Shown here piece by piece: positions 40,039 through 51,188 of a DNA stretch of 64,000 bases (within the stretch, counting starts at the first letter, position 1; each line of letters opens with the position of its first letter). The notes beneath the pieces are model-generated. The model ran no database searches. It worked only from the letters and a program-made list of their open reading frames with translations, and was not told where the DNA came from. A program made the translations under genes and the position numbers. Origin of the DNA: Candidatus Kaiserbacteria bacterium (GTDB lineage: Bacteria; Patescibacteriota; Minisyncoccia; Phycocordibacterales; UBA918); assembly GCA_031430855.1 (NCBI GenBank), contig JANPCG010000013.1, forward strand, positions 26,347-90,346, written 5' to 3'.

Positions 40039-40255
40039 AATTTCATTCAAAAACGCACTATCTACTTTGTTGGCTGTGCAATTATCACATTCACCGTATT
40101 TAAATACGGCTCAAGCTCAAATTGCTGGCCTTTCTTACAGGAACGGTCTACTCATTTGCTGCCTTGGCTGCGCTTTCAGCTGGCAGGCGGCTAAATGAGC
40201 CTTGCGCGAGCTAAACGCTCGCTCACTCGTATCTGGTGCGTTTTTGAATGAAATT
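40039..40255. repeat. MITE-like palindrome with perfect 20-bp terminal IR, type C copy 2
   Basis: AATTTCATTCAAAAACGCAC / GTGCGTTTTTGAATGAAATT; internal tcaccgta-tttaaa-tacggctc. Confidence 0.7.
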
Positions 40256-40315
40256 AATTAATTTATCTCTATAAAAAACCACCCGAGCTATCGGGTGGTC
40301 TCTTTTGCTTCTATT

Positions 40316-41491
40316 TTACGCAGCAACCGGGGAGTTTTTCTTGAGTTTTCGGACCAGTTGATCGTGGGGGATGGGCTCTTGTTTGCGGGCGTCCATATCG
40401 CGCAGGATGACAGTGCCGTCAACAAACTCTTTTTGTCCGATAATGACGACGTATTTTACACCACGCTTTTCAGCATCACGTAGTTGGGCCGAGAGAGAAT
40501 CGTTCGCCAGGTCTTGGAAGACCGAGATGCCGGCTTTGCGCAATTCATCAATAATCATCAAGCTGCGGACCTTGGGGCCAAACCCGAGTTGAATAATGGA
40601 AACGGTTGGAGTTGAGAGCTTAAAGCGGGGAGTCCGAGCCGGAGCCTTCTGCTCACGCAAGATGGCGACAGCTCCGACTGCTGGAGTACGCTTACGCGTC
40701 TTTCGTTCGACAAAGGTATCAAAGCGCCCACCCCGGATTAAGAGTGCGTGTGGTTCAGTATCAACGTCGTGAGGGATATCGAGTGAAAAGAGTGCGTCCG
40801 AGTAGTATTCGTGATGACCGAGCATTTTTGGGTCAATTTCATACGGCGTCTCACTCATGTCGAGATATTCGATAATATCTCGAAAATGTTTTCGACTCTG
40901 ATCGCTCAGGTACTCGAGTGGGTTGGGGCTTTTAAAGGCGAGATCGTGTCCTTGCGTCACAAGGTCTTGGAGTGCAATGAGGGCATGCTGCTTCATCAGT
41001 TCGCGCGACGTGTCTGGCATCAGGTCGAGTCGTTTTCGGAGGAAATTTGTTAATTCACGACTGTATCGTACCATTGAGTCAGTGTCACCAAGTGAGTTAA
41101 TGCGGATGGTGTGATCAGTGTATCCAAGTTCGTTAGCGAGCGCCCGGCTGGTTTGAATCAGAATTGCTTCGGCGATACTTTTGCTGACATTAAAAATATG
41201 AAAAGCGACAGCGGTTTCACCGTTCTGGTCCGAAGTGTCGATTGAATATAGGAGTACCGGTCCACCAAGCGCGTGCAGTCTCTCGTCGCAGTATTGCGCC
41301 AGGCCGCGTGTCATCAGTCCTTGGACGGCGTCAAGTTCATTGTCAGCCTCAATGATGGAGTGTGGCAAAGAGGTGGTGCAGTCTTTACATAATGGATCTT
41401 TACGTAATGCCTCTACGGTTTTGAAACCAAAGTGTTCGGCGGTATGGGCCGCAATTCTTAAAAATTCTGTTGGACTACATTCGGTACGCAT
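40316..41491 (-). CDS. Degenerate HisRS-like protein with HGTP anticodon-binding domain
   Basis: INSLGD, GGRFD and C-terminal SLSAQLRDAEKRGVKYVVIIGQKE; canonical LRPE motif absent. Confidence 0.7.
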   Translation of the reverse strand: MRTECSPTEFLRIAAHTAEHFGFKTVEALRKDPLCKDCTTSLPHSIIEADNELDAVQGLMTRGLAQYCDERLHALGGPVLLYSIDTSDQNGETAVAFHIFNVSKSIAEAILIQTSRALANELGYTDHTIRINSLGDTDSMVRYSRELTNFLRKRLDLMPDTSRELMKQHALIALQDLVTQGHDLAFKSPNPLEYLSDQSRKHFRDIIEYLDMSETPYEIDPKMLGHHEYYSDALFSLDIPHDVDTEPHALLIRGGRFDTFVERKTRKRTPAVGAVAILREQKAPARTPRFKLSTPTVSIIQLGFGPKVRSLMIIDELRKAGISVFQDLANDSLSAQLRDAEKRGVKYVVIIGQKEFVDGTVILRDMDARKQEPIPHDQLVRKLKKNSPVAA

Positions 41492-41503
41492 AGTGTTGGT
41501 GAC

Positions 41504-42157
41504 TTATGGTGAACTAGTAATCACGGCTGGTGTGGTAACTCCAGGGAGGTAGTCAAATTCTTTGGGAGGGAAAAGTCGGACATACGCGCGGCCAACAATT
41601 CGATCTTCTTGGAGGACTCCCCACACGCGCGAATCAGAACTCTGGTCTCGGTTATCACCCATCACGAAGTACTCGCGTTCTCCTAATTTTTCGGTAATGG
41701 TTGGTCCGGGGGTCATTTTGGCAATGTATGGCTCATCGAGGATAAACCCGTTAGGGTAAGTGGCGTTCGTGATGCGGACGGTGTTGCCTTCAATTGATAT
41801 AGTGTCTCCTGGTACCCCGATTACTCGTTTAATAAAAAACTTTGATGGGTCTTTGGGATAGCGGAATACAATTACTTCACCACGTTTCGCGGTGCGTGCG
41901 TGGTAGGTCAGTTGATCAACAATTAAATATTCTCCAGTGTGGAAGGTTTGTTCCATCGAAGCACCGGAAACGATAAATGGCTGTGCTACAAACATTCGAA
42001 TCGGCACGACGATAATGAGCGCAATGAGTGAAAATCGTAGTATTTCAATCAAGGGGTTTTCTGAGTAGACTGTCTGAGTCAAAGTCGTTTCTCCGTTCGT
42101 TTCGCTGATGACATTTTCATCGTGCTGCTGATTTTTTCGAGAAGAGAACAAATTCAT
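41504..42157 (-). CDS. lepB: Signal peptidase I
   Basis: VSGASME, FIKRVIGVPGD, GDNRDQSSDSR. Confidence 0.95.
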   Translation of the reverse strand: MNLFSSRKNQQHDENVISETNGETTLTQTVYSENPLIEILRFSLIALIIVVPIRMFVAQPFIVSGASMEQTFHTGEYLIVDQLTYHARTAKRGEVIVFRYPKDPSKFFIKRVIGVPGDTISIEGNTVRITNATYPNGFILDEPYIAKMTPGPTITEKLGEREYFVMGDNRDQSSDSRVWGVLQEDRIVGRAYVRLFPPKEFDYLPGVTTPAVITSSP

Positions 42158-42274
42158 AACGTGAAATTTTTACTAGTATACGTGATAAAAATATGCGACG
42201 CAAACTTGCGCCACTCACCATATAAAATTATTTTGTATACAGTACGCGTCCCATAATTGTGGTATGCTTTTTCT

Positions 42275-42871
42275 ATGTACTACATCGTTGGTTTAGGAAA
42301 TCCGGGCGAGCAATATGCTCACACGCGACATAATATTGGCTGGCTTGTCCTCGACGATTTCAGTAAAAAAAATAATCTGCCTCACGCCATTGCTGCTCGT
42401 CATGTGAGTGGTCGAGTTGCAGAAGGAAATGTAGCTGGTGTACCAATCACTCTGTTATATCCAGATACGTTTATGAATCATTCCGGTACCGCAGTGCGCA
42501 AATTAGTGCCAAAAGGTGCTGAAGCGACCCTGGTGGTGGTGTGTGATGATGTTGATATTCCCTTAGGCGAGGTAAAAATCTCATTCGGACGGGGAAGTAG
42601 TGGACATAATGGTGTCACCTCAATTATCAACAGTATTGGTACCAAAGATTTCATTCGCGTGCGCATTGGTATTGCAAAATCAGGTATTTGGCCGTGGGAT
42701 AAGGGAGAAATTAAACGACCGAAAGGTGGTGCTGCCTTAGAGCGCCATGTGTTGGGTGTCTTTTCACGACGTGAAGACGAAGTACTTTCAGGCGTGCTTA
42801 CTACAGGTACGGCCGCGCTCAAAACAATTATTGAAGGAGGCTATGTTCTGGCTATGAATCAGTACAACTAA
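42275..42871 (+). CDS. pth: Peptidyl-tRNA hydrolase
   Basis: IVGLGNPG..Y..TRHNIG, TFMN.SG, GHNG, RVRIGI. Confidence 0.95.
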   Translation: MYYIVGLGNPGEQYAHTRHNIGWLVLDDFSKKNNLPHAIAARHVSGRVAEGNVAGVPITLLYPDTFMNHSGTAVRKLVPKGAEATLVVVCDDVDIPLGEVKISFGRGSSGHNGVTSIINSIGTKDFIRVRIGIAKSGIWPWDKGEIKRPKGGAALERHVLGVFSRREDEVLSGVLTTGTAALKTIIEGGYVLAMNQYN

Positions 42872-42920
42872 GATTTTTTGATACAAAAAAAGACCCCGCG
42901 TGCGGGGTCTTTTTTGTTGG

Positions 42921-44015
42921 TTATTTTACCGGATTGGCTTCTTTGAATGAGAGAGTCATTCGTTGTTCAGTTGGTTCAAAGAGTGAAATCTTGAATTGGT
43001 ATACATTACCAAGCGAAAGCGCTGCTTTCATCTTTTCCTCAGTTTCAAACTCAGAGATGTGGACGAGTCCAGCAACCCCTTCTTGAATAGATGCAAGGGC
43101 GCCGTGCTTGTTGTACTTAATTACAACACCTGGTACGACCTGATCCTTCTTGAATTTACCTGAGGCTTCGGTCCATGGATTCTCACGGAGTTGTTTGATG
43201 GAAAGTGAAATCTTATCGTCTTTTACTTCGATTACTTTCACTTTTACCTTGTCACCAACTTTGTAGAGGGCGCGGGTGTCTTCTACTAAGCCCCAATCGA
43301 GCTCAGAGATGTGGACGAGTCCTTCAAGACCTTGTTCAATTTTCACGAAGATTCCGAAGTCAACCGCACCGGTTACTTCACCGTTTAAGACGGCCCCAAC
43401 TTCGTACTTACCAACTTTTACCTCCTTCTCTTCTTTTTCTTGTGGTCCCTTTTCAGAGAAGATAAGTTTGTGCTCCTTTTGGTCAGCTGTGATAATGACG
43501 ACACTTAAGTGTTTGCCGATGAGGGAGTTAAGCGCAGAGAGGATTTTATCCTTATCGCCATTATCAACGCGTGGGTAATTGTCACTACCGAGCTGTGACG
43601 CTGGGAGGAAGCCTTGGATACCCTGCCATTCAATGATAAGCCCACCTTTGTTGGCTTCTTTAACTTCGAGACTGAGGATGGTGCCTTTTTTGGCTGCCTC
43701 TTCAGCATCAGCCCAAATCAGCGCTTGGCGGGCTTCCTTGAGTGATAATTCGATGTACCCATCTTCGTTCGTTACGTCAACGACTTTGGCTGCAATCGTG
43801 TCTCCAACACTGACTTTTCGCAGAATATCGCGGGCATTCATGTATTCACGACCGAAAATGAGACCAGTACCAAATGGTGCGAGCTCTACATAGACGCGGG
43901 CGCGGCCAATGGCTGATACCGTTCCTTCTACTAATGATCCTTCTTTAGGGGCGTCTGGAATGGTGGCTGACAGGGTCGCCATTATTCCGGTACCGACAAC
44001 AGTTTCTTCAGACAT
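42921..44015 (-). CDS. rpsA: 30S ribosomal protein S1 (four S1 domains)
   Basis: Repeated S1 motifs (GFLPASQ, FGIFV..GLEGLVHISE). Confidence 0.88.
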   Translation of the reverse strand: MSEETVVGTGIMATLSATIPDAPKEGSLVEGTVSAIGRARVYVELAPFGTGLIFGREYMNARDILRKVSVGDTIAAKVVDVTNEDGYIELSLKEARQALIWADAEEAAKKGTILSLEVKEANKGGLIIEWQGIQGFLPASQLGSDNYPRVDNGDKDKILSALNSLIGKHLSVVIITADQKEHKLIFSEKGPQEKEEKEVKVGKYEVGAVLNGEVTGAVDFGIFVKIEQGLEGLVHISELDWGLVEDTRALYKVGDKVKVKVIEVKDDKISLSIKQLRENPWTEASGKFKKDQVVPGVVIKYNKHGALASIQEGVAGLVHISEFETEEKMKAALSLGNVYQFKISLFEPTEQRMTLSFKEANPVK

Positions 44016-44249
44016 ATTCTATATATGTGTTTATTCCGACGACACGCGTCTGGACAACCGTTTCGCAATTCATCCACCAGGTGGATGAGGGCCGTTGTTC
44101 ATGAGTCCAGGGTTAACGTGTGCCGCTAGGAAACTAATAATCTTCTTACGAAGTTGGGGAATAATAGTATAGAAAAGGGTATGTGTCCAGTGTTTGAAGT
44201 TGGCTTTTCAATATTCAATATTCTCTATTCCGTGTATACTACTCACATT

Positions 44250-44867
44250 ATGGTAATCACACATCACGGTGGGCAGGCATTTCGGGTTTCCTTTGGAAAC
44301 ACCACTTTGGCCTTTGACCCAGTCAGTAAGTCATCAAAATTAGCTTCTACGAAATTCGGTTCAGATGTGGCTTTTATTTCAATGAATCACCCCGATTTTA
44401 ATGGCGCTGATCAGGTGGCGTTGGGGAATAAACAGCCCTTTGTAGTCTCTGGCCCGGGAGAATATGAAATTGGTGATGTGGTCGCGCGTGGCTATGGAGT
44501 AAAAACAACGTACGACAAGGTTGAACGTTATAACACGATTTATCAGGTGAAACTCGAGGATATGAATCTTGTATTTTTAGGCGCCCTCAGTACACCGGAA
44601 ATTGACCCCAAGATCCTCGGTGAATTTGGCGACGTAGATGTGTTGTTTGTGCCGGTTGGAGGAGGAGACGTCCTTGAGGTCCCGCAGGCAGCTAAATTAG
44701 CCCTTAAGCTTGAGGCTAAGTTAATTATCCCGATGCATTACGACAAGACCTCCCTCACGGCTTTTTTGAAAGAAATGGGAAGTACTGTGAGTCCAGTTGA
44801 CAAGCTGACCTTGAAGAAAAAAGATGTAAATGAAATGGAGGGTGACGTGATGGTGTTATCGGTGTAA
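44250..44867 (+). CDS. MBL-fold metallo-hydrolase-like protein
   Basis: ITHHG..F, GPGEYEIG, DVLFVPVGG, IIPMHY. Confidence 0.8.
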   Translation: MVITHHGGQAFRVSFGNTTLAFDPVSKSSKLASTKFGSDVAFISMNHPDFNGADQVALGNKQPFVVSGPGEYEIGDVVARGYGVKTTYDKVERYNTIYQVKLEDMNLVFLGALSTPEIDPKILGEFGDVDVLFVPVGGGDVLEVPQAAKLALKLEAKLIIPMHYDKTSLTAFLKEMGSTVSPVDKLTLKKKDVNEMEGDVMVLSV

Positions 44868-44890
44868 GTAATTTTTTGGGCGTCTTAATT

Positions 44891-45319
44891 ATGTTATTTC
44901 AAACGCTCGATGTCATTCGCCAAAAATCAAAACCAGTTCGTGATCAATACGCATTATTATTTGCGGTTGTCAGTACGCTCGTGATTGGTGGGGTGTGGTC
45001 ATTGTCCTTGCCGTCAAAATTGCAGTCTACCGATATTGCAGCGGTCGCCGGGGCGAGTACCACCGCCCCTTTTGGTGGTATCTGGGCTGAGTTTCGTTCG
45101 AAATTTACCCCACCACCGATTACTCTCGAAGGAGTAATGCTAGCGACTACGAGCGCCACGGGTACCAATACTGCTATTAACTTCCAACTCAGTCCCGAGA
45201 ACGTTGCGTCGGTTAATGCCTCGAGTACTCCGTATTTCTCCCCTGAACTAGAAAATCTCCCCGTTACCATTCTGATAGGCACAACATCGACTGAGCGCGT
45301 CTCAACAAGTACTCCCTAA
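44891..45319 (+). CDS. Hypothetical membrane-anchored protein
   Basis: One TM helix, Thr/Ser-rich tail. Confidence 0.55.
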   Translation: MLFQTLDVIRQKSKPVRDQYALLFAVVSTLVIGGVWSLSLPSKLQSTDIAAVAGASTTAPFGGIWAEFRSKFTPPPITLEGVMLATTSATGTNTAINFQLSPENVASVNASSTPYFSPELENLPVTILIGTTSTERVSTSTP

Positions 45320-45366
45320 TGTGGTATACTAGCGCCATTATTTAAAGGTAACTCGTAATTTCAGTT

Positions 45367-47850
45367 ATGCCGAAGAAGACCATCGCCCCCGAAGCTATCC
45401 CTTTGCCTGAGCGGGGTATTGTTGCCCAAAGTATCACCTCCGAAATGGAGTCGTCATACCTCGACTACGCGATGTCGGTAATTACGCAACGAGCGCTGCC
45501 TGATATTCGTGATGGATTAAAGCCAGTACACCGACGTATTTTATATTCGATGCGGTTAAACGGACTTAATGCTGGTGGTAAATTCAAAAAATCAGCAACC
45601 GTCGTAGGAGATGTGCTCGGTAACTTTCACCCGCATGGAGACGCCGCTGTGTATGAATCGATGGTAAAATTGGTGCAACCATTTGCAACGCGTTACCCTC
45701 TCGTGTTAGGGCAAGGAAACTTTGGGTCAATTGATGGAGACTCGGCCGCGGCGTACCGATACACCGAAGCCAAGATGTCACGCTTGGCCGAAGAAATGTT
45801 GCGTGATCTCGAGAAAGATACGGTTGATTGGAGACCTAACTTTGACGGCAGTAAACAAGAACCGATTGTATTGCCAGCTGCTGTCCCGAACCTCTTATTG
45901 ATGGGAACTTTAGGTATTGCAGTTGGGATGGCGACGAATATTCCACCGCATAACTTGCGTGAAATATCTGCTGCCGTGGAATATTTGATTGATAATCCTG
46001 GAGCTACGACGGATGATTTGCTTAAGTTTGTAAAAGGTCCTGATTTTCCACTAGGCGCCGTTGCCTTTAATCAGAAAGATATCCAGCATGCCTATACCCA
46101 CGGACGTGGCGGTGTGGTCGTGCGGGGGGAGGCCGAAATCGTTGAAGACAAAAAAGGAGCATTTTCTATTATTATTACCTCGATTCCATTCCGGGTGAAC
46201 AAGGCCGACATGCAAGAGAAAATTGCAGATCTCGTGCGTGATAAAAAGATTGAAGGTATCCGTGAGATGCGTGACGAATCAACGAATGATATTCGCGTGG
46301 TGATTGACCTGAAATCAGGCGCTCAGCCACAGACCATTTTAAATAAACTCTACAAACATACGCAGCTCGAGGACACTTTCCATTACAACATGGTGGCACT
46401 GGTTGACGGTGTGCCGCAGACGGTCTCGCTCAAGCTGATTCTTGAAGAGTACGTGAAGCACCGGGCTGAAGTCGTGCGTCGTCGCACCCAATATGATTTA
46501 ACAAAGGCGCAAGACCGCGAACATATTTTGCTTGGTCTCAAAAAAGCACTTGACCACATTGATGCAATTATAAAACTTATTCGGGCCTCGAAAGATGTGC
46601 CTACCGCCCATGCTGCCTTGATGAAAGAATTTAAATTCTCGGCTATTCAGGCGCAGGCGATTTTGGATATGCGCTTGCAAAAGCTCGCTGGTCTTGAACG
46701 TAAAAAAATCGAAGACGAATTAGCTGAGGTCCAGAAGTTAATCAAGGCGCTTGAAGCCATTCTCAAGAGTAAGGCGAAGATGTTGGCGCTCGTGAAGTCA
46801 GAACTGATGGAGATTGCGGAGAAATTCGGTGATGATAGACGTACCAAAATTGTGAAAGGGGGAGTAAAAATGATGAGTCAAGAAGACTTGATTCCCGATG
46901 ATGAGAGTGTGTTGGTGTTAACTGCCGGCGGCTACGTCAAGCGAACGAATCCGGACGAATATCGGACCCAGAAACGAGGCGGAGTCGGCGTGATTGACCT
47001 CAATACCAAAGAAGAAGACGTGGTGACAAGTTTGATTACTACCTCAGCCCATAGTGACCTCCTCTTCTTTACCGATAAAGGTAAGGTCTATCAGAGCAAG
47101 ATGTATGAAATACCTGAAGGTCGTCGGGCGACCAAGGGTAAGTCCATCATGAATTTCCTCAGTATGAGTGCCGAAGAGCGCGTTACCTCAGTATTAGCGG
47201 TACGGAAAGAAGAGTGGACAGGAGAATGGAGTCTTATGATGGTGACAAAAAATGGTATTGCAAAGAAATCAGATGCCGCTGCGTTTAAAGACGTGCGCCG
47301 CAGTGGACTCATTGCTATTACGCTGCGAGATGATGATTCGCTCATTACTGCTATGTTTGTCGGCAAGGGTGACGAAGCGTCTCTGGTTACTAAGAAAGGA
47401 CAGGCGATTCGCTTTAAAGAGAGTGACGTTCGTGAAATGGGTCGGACTGCAAGTGGTGTGGCGGCGATGAAACTCGGTAAGGGTGATTGTATTGTTTCTG
47501 CTGATGTTATAAAGAAGGGCGCTAAAGATATGGAGATTCTCGTGGTGACCGAACATGGGTATGGAAAGACGACGCCCGTTAAAGAGTACAAAGTGCAGAA
47601 GCGTGGCGGGTCCGGCATCAAAACGGCAAAAGTAACTGATAAAACCGGCACTATCGTCGGAGCTAACGTGATTGGTGGCGAGGAGCGAACGGAAGGTGAG
47701 CTCGTGATTATGAGTAAGAAAGGGCAGGTAATTAAATTACCGCTTAAGGACGTTCCAACATTAGGTCGTCAGACCCAAGGAGTCCGAGTAATGAAGATGC
47801 GGGCGGGGGATTCTATTGCCTCCATTGTCTTCGTAGCAGCACAAAGCTAA
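45367..47850 (+). CDS. gyrA: DNA gyrase subunit A
   Basis: [28 protein letters not shown], GyrA-box QKRGG.G, beta-pinwheel repeats. Confidence 0.98.
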   Translation: MPKKTIAPEAIPLPERGIVAQSITSEMESSYLDYAMSVITQRALPDIRDGLKPVHRRILYSMRLNGLNAGGKFKKSATVVGDVLGNFHPHGDAAVYESMVKLVQPFATRYPLVLGQGNFGSIDGDSAAAYRYTEAKMSRLAEEMLRDLEKDTVDWRPNFDGSKQEPIVLPAAVPNLLLMGTLGIAVGMATNIPPHNLREISAAVEYLIDNPGATTDDLLKFVKGPDFPLGAVAFNQKDIQHAYTHGRGGVVVRGEAEIVEDKKGAFSIIITSIPFRVNKADMQEKIADLVRDKKIEGIREMRDESTNDIRVVIDLKSGAQPQTILNKLYKHTQLEDTFHYNMVALVDGVPQTVSLKLILEEYVKHRAEVVRRRTQYDLTKAQDREHILLGLKKALDHIDAIIKLIRASKDVPTAHAALMKEFKFSAIQAQAILDMRLQKLAGLERKKIEDELAEVQKLIKALEAILKSKAKMLALVKSELMEIAEKFGDDRRTKIVKGGVKMMSQEDLIPDDESVLVLTAGGYVKRTNPDEYRTQKRGGVGVIDLNTKEEDVVTSLITTSAHSDLLFFTDKGKVYQSKMYEIPEGRRATKGKSIMNFLSMSAEERVTSVLAVRKEEWTGEWSLMMVTKNGIAKKSDAAAFKDVRRSGLIAITLRDDDSLITAMFVGKGDEASLVTKKGQAIRFKESDVREMGRTASGVAAMKLGKGDCIVSADVIKKGAKDMEILVVTEHGYGKTTPVKEYKVQKRGGSGIKTAKVTDKTGTIVGANVIGGEERTEGELVIMSKKGQVIKLPLKDVPTLGRQTQGVRVMKMRAGDSIASIVFVAAQS

Positions 47851-47971
47851 ACTATTCCAAAAACGGCCAGCTTCGTTGTTGACTTCGTCACTCAGATGCT
47901 CACCGTACAAAAAGTACGACTCGCCTCTTCGTAACTCGTCGCCTAGAATCTGACTCGTTTTAGAAATAGTT
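47850..47971. repeat. Long imperfect palindrome after gyrA, type C copy 3
   Basis: aactattccaaaaacg / cgttttagaaatagtt ends; central ctcaccgtac-aaaaa-gtacgactc. Confidence 0.6.
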
Positions 47972-48120
47972 AAAAACTCACATTCTTTGTCTTTCAAGAC
48001 AATTAACTCACTATGAACATCATCATCCTGCAAGGCTTAGTGCCTGCAGGATGATGATGTTTTAGGGCTCTGCACAGCGATTTGCGTACATTTTCTGAAT
48101 CTACGATATAATAAAGACGT

Positions 48121-48669
48121 ATGACAGTAACTACCCGGAGCCGTTTTGCAGTACCTGAATTAATCGTGAGTCATTTTCATGTTCGTGATGGAGATTTGGT
48201 AGCAGATTTTGGCGCTGGGGCCGGTGAATATGTCCCACACTTGGTTAAAAAAGTTGGACCCCGCGGACGGGTGTATGCGTGCGAAATACAACGAACCTTG
48301 GTAGATAAAATTGGCACCTTAATTCGAGAAAAAGGCTACCATAATGTTGATCCTCTTTGGTGTGATATCGAAGCTGACCGGGGAATAAAAATTGCCGACG
48401 AGACACTCGATGTGGCGATTCTAGTAAATACTTTATTTCAACTTGAACAAAAAGAAAAAGCTATCCAGGAAAAAAGACGGACCCTGCGGACTGGTGGTGT
48501 AATCTACGTCGTTGATTGGGAGGAGTCTTTTGGGGGCGTTGGTCCCCATCCAAATTGTGTGGTTTGTAAACAAGTCGCTATCAATCTTTTTGAATCCTGC
48601 GGTTTTGTGCTTGAGCGTGAATACCCGGCGGGTGAATATCATTATGGGCTAGCCTTTCGGGTTATATGA
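48121..48669 (+). CDS. Class I SAM-dependent methyltransferase
   Basis: VADFGAGAG motif I, GRVYACEI, LRTGG. Confidence 0.85.
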   Translation: MTVTTRSRFAVPELIVSHFHVRDGDLVADFGAGAGEYVPHLVKKVGPRGRVYACEIQRTLVDKIGTLIREKGYHNVDPLWCDIEADRGIKIADETLDVAILVNTLFQLEQKEKAIQEKRRTLRTGGVIYVVDWEESFGGVGPHPNCVVCKQVAINLFESCGFVLEREYPAGEYHYGLAFRVI

Positions 48670-49973
48670 TGAAGCTGCGTCCTTTTGAATTAGCGTTGGT
48701 GTGTATCTTTAGTGCGCTTATTCTCGTGGCGTTATATTTGATGGCCAACCCCAACATGAGCAACAATAAGCTTCCGCCCCAATTTGGTACTTCGGTCGTT
48801 ATTTGGGGTACTGAGCCACAGGCCGCCTTTCAAGCCGTGTTTGACGGGATTCAAGACGTTAATGAAGATTTTGAAGTAGTGTCCTACGTGCAAAAGGATG
48901 CGCGCACCTTTGATAATGAGGTTATTAATGCGCTAGCTGAAAATCGCGGTCCAGATATTCTTTTCCTACCCCACGAAAAACTCCTCCAGTATCGGAGCAA
49001 AATCCAACCCCTGTCTGAACAAACCCTTCCCGTGCCGGATTTTAAGCGAAATTTTATTGATGGATCCGAGATCTTTATTTTACCGGATGGTATCTATGCG
49101 TTCCCGGCAGCAGTTGATCCATTAGTGCTATACTTTAATCGCGATATCCTCAGTACCAAAAATTTTATCAACCCTCCGGCTACGTGGGAGTCAGTTGTCA
49201 ATGAGTTAGTTCCGAGTCTCGTTGAGCGTGATTTTGGGAGAAATATAATCCGAAGTCCGCTCGCGTTTGGGGAGTATCGTAACGTAACCAACGCCTTTGA
49301 CATAATCTCAATGCTATTTTTGCAGGGGGGGAGTGGGCTGGTTGTTCAAGTGGGAAATAACTACCGTATTCAACTCAATCAAAGTCTGAGTGGCATCGGG
49401 GTGCCGCTTCAAAATGCGGTCACGTTCTATACAAATTTTGCGAGTCCGAGTAACCCACTCTATAGTTGGAATCGGGCCCAAGGGAACGACCGAGAAGAAT
49501 TTTTAGGCGAGGAGCTTGCTTTGTACTTTGGCAAGGGGAGCGAAGCTCGTGATATTGCCGTTGATAATCCGAACCTAAATTTCGACATTGCCGAAGTACC
49601 ACAAGGAGCCGCCGCCACTGTCCGGCGTACGTATGGTACCGTATATGGCTTTACCTTATTGCGGTCAGCCCAGAATCCAGCTGGAGCAGTACAGACGATG
49701 TATGAACTGACCAAGCCAGCTAATAGCGTTCTCTTGGCCAATAATCTCACGATGGCGCCGGCTAGTCGCTCTGGATTAAGTAGTGGTTCAAATGATGAGT
49801 ATGGTAGAGTAATTTACAGCGCTGCAACTGTAGCGCGCGGCTGGCTCAACCCGGAACCGCAAGTAGCCAATGACATCTTTACACAAATGGTGGAGGATGT
49901 TCTCGCAAACCGAGCCCGGCCGAGCGATGCTGCAGTAGATGCGGTTGGACGGTTGCGTGATGTGTATAAATAG
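48666..49973 (+). CDS. Membrane-anchored extracellular solute-binding protein (carbohydrate ABC-type fold)
   Basis: N-terminal TM, GPDI, YAFP..VD.LVLYFNRD, PPATWE. Confidence 0.8.
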   Translation: MMKLRPFELALVCIFSALILVALYLMANPNMSNNKLPPQFGTSVVIWGTEPQAAFQAVFDGIQDVNEDFEVVSYVQKDARTFDNEVINALAENRGPDILFLPHEKLLQYRSKIQPLSEQTLPVPDFKRNFIDGSEIFILPDGIYAFPAAVDPLVLYFNRDILSTKNFINPPATWESVVNELVPSLVERDFGRNIIRSPLAFGEYRNVTNAFDIISMLFLQGGSGLVVQVGNNYRIQLNQSLSGIGVPLQNAVTFYTNFASPSNPLYSWNRAQGNDREEFLGEELALYFGKGSEARDIAVDNPNLNFDIAEVPQGAAATVRRTYGTVYGFTLLRSAQNPAGAVQTMYELTKPANSVLLANNLTMAPASRSGLSSGSNDEYGRVIYSAATVARGWLNPEPQVANDIFTQMVEDVLANRARPSDAAVDAVGRLRDVYK

Positions 49974-49974
49974 T

Positions 49975-50385
49975 ATGGTTAAAACATTTTTTTCAAAAAT
50001 TTATTTCTTAGGGCTACTAGCTCTGCTTTCTGTACAATCAGTATATGCACAAGGGACAGGTGGCGGTAGTGCAGGCAGTGGTGGTACTGGCGGTGGCGGC
50101 GCAGGCTCGGTACGAATGGAGAACTATCTCTCGGTAGATACTATTCAAGACCTACTTGTTGCAATTCTCAATATCGTTATTATTTTGATGATTCCAATCA
50201 TTGTGTTCTTTATCATTCTGGCTGGTTTCAAATACGTGACGGCGCGCGGTAACGCGTCCCAGGTCGAGGAAGCAACGCGAGCGCTTACCTATGCGATTAT
50301 CGGCGGCGTCTTAGTGCTTGGTGCGGTGGCTCTCAGTGAGATTATTGCAAACGTCGTTGGACAATTTTCTAATACTACTCCATGA
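49975..50385 (+). CDS. Pilin-like (TrbC/VirB2-like) protein
   Basis: Signal peptide, Gly-rich linker, two hydrophobic helices with AGFKYVTARGN...A.RALTYAIIG. Confidence 0.7.
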   Translation: MVKTFFSKIYFLGLLALLSVQSVYAQGTGGGSAGSGGTGGGGAGSVRMENYLSVDTIQDLLVAILNIVIILMIPIIVFFIILAGFKYVTARGNASQVEEATRALTYAIIGGVLVLGAVALSEIIANVVGQFSNTTP

Positions 50386-50642
50386 CCCCTTCAACTCCTA
50401 CTACTTTAGCAGAACTCGTAAACTTTATCATTGGTCTCATCAACCAGTTTATCCCGCTGTTAATTGCAATCACGTTTTTATTTATCGTGTGGAAACTGAT
50501 TGACGCCTGGATAATTCACGCTGATGATGAAACGCGGCGAAGTGATGGCAAAATGATTGCCTTTGTAGGCTTTGTGGTGGTTTTTATAATGATTAGTATC
50601 TGGGGAATCCTGTCGTTTCTTCAATCAACGTTGGCCGGCTAA
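50382..50642 (+). CDS. Pilin-like two-TM protein
   Basis: Same helix-loop-helix pattern (IPLLIAI..WII.ADDE..RSDGK....G..V.FIMISIWGI). Confidence 0.65.
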   Translation: MTPSTPTTLAELVNFIIGLINQFIPLLIAITFLFIVWKLIDAWIIHADDETRRSDGKMIAFVGFVVVFIMISIWGILSFLQSTLAG

Positions 50643-50732
50643 AGTTGTACACAGCCCCCTAAAAACCCTTTATGGTAAACGTTTTTTAGTGTATACTGTA
50701 GGGAATTAATATTTTATTTAATTAATTACGTC

Positions 50733-51110
50733 ATGAAAAAAATTCTGTCATTATTAGGTGTATTTGCCCTCGCGGTTGTGCCTGCGATTACTTCAGCACA
50801 GATTGTGGACGGTTCTGCGGGTGATCTCGGAACAACCATCTCTGGTCTCGTTGATATTATCAATACGTATTTGATTCCGTTTGTTCTTGCCCTCGCTTTC
50901 CTCGTGTTTGTGTGGGGTATGTTCAAATTTTTTATCCTTGGCGGTGCCAATGATGAAGCGAAAGAATCAGGCAAGAGTTTGATTATCTATGCTTTGGCTG
51001 GATTTGTACTCATTGTTATCTTCTGGGGACTTGTTAACTTCTTGGTTGACCTCATCGGAGTTGATACGGCGGGACCAATTACACCACCGACAGGACCGAC
51101 GGTACCGTAA
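50733..51110 (+). CDS. Pilin-like (TrbC/VirB2-like) protein
   Basis: Signal peptide, IPFVLALAFLVFVWG..FFI.GG..DEAKESGK.LIIYA..G. Confidence 0.7.
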   Translation: MKKILSLLGVFALAVVPAITSAQIVDGSAGDLGTTISGLVDIINTYLIPFVLALAFLVFVWGMFKFFILGGANDEAKESGKSLIIYALAGFVLIVIFWGLVNFLVDLIGVDTAGPITPPTGPTVP

Positions 51111-51188
51111 GCTGGTACGGCGAAGAATTCAAAAAAACTGCACAGGGTGCAGTTTTTTTGTGCTAGTTTCGCTGATATACTAAATACT

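Noticed and set aside
48017-48062. Perfect 17-bp hairpin after gyrA as a member of the element families
   Set aside because: It shares no A/B/C motifs; more simply a terminator-like stem.
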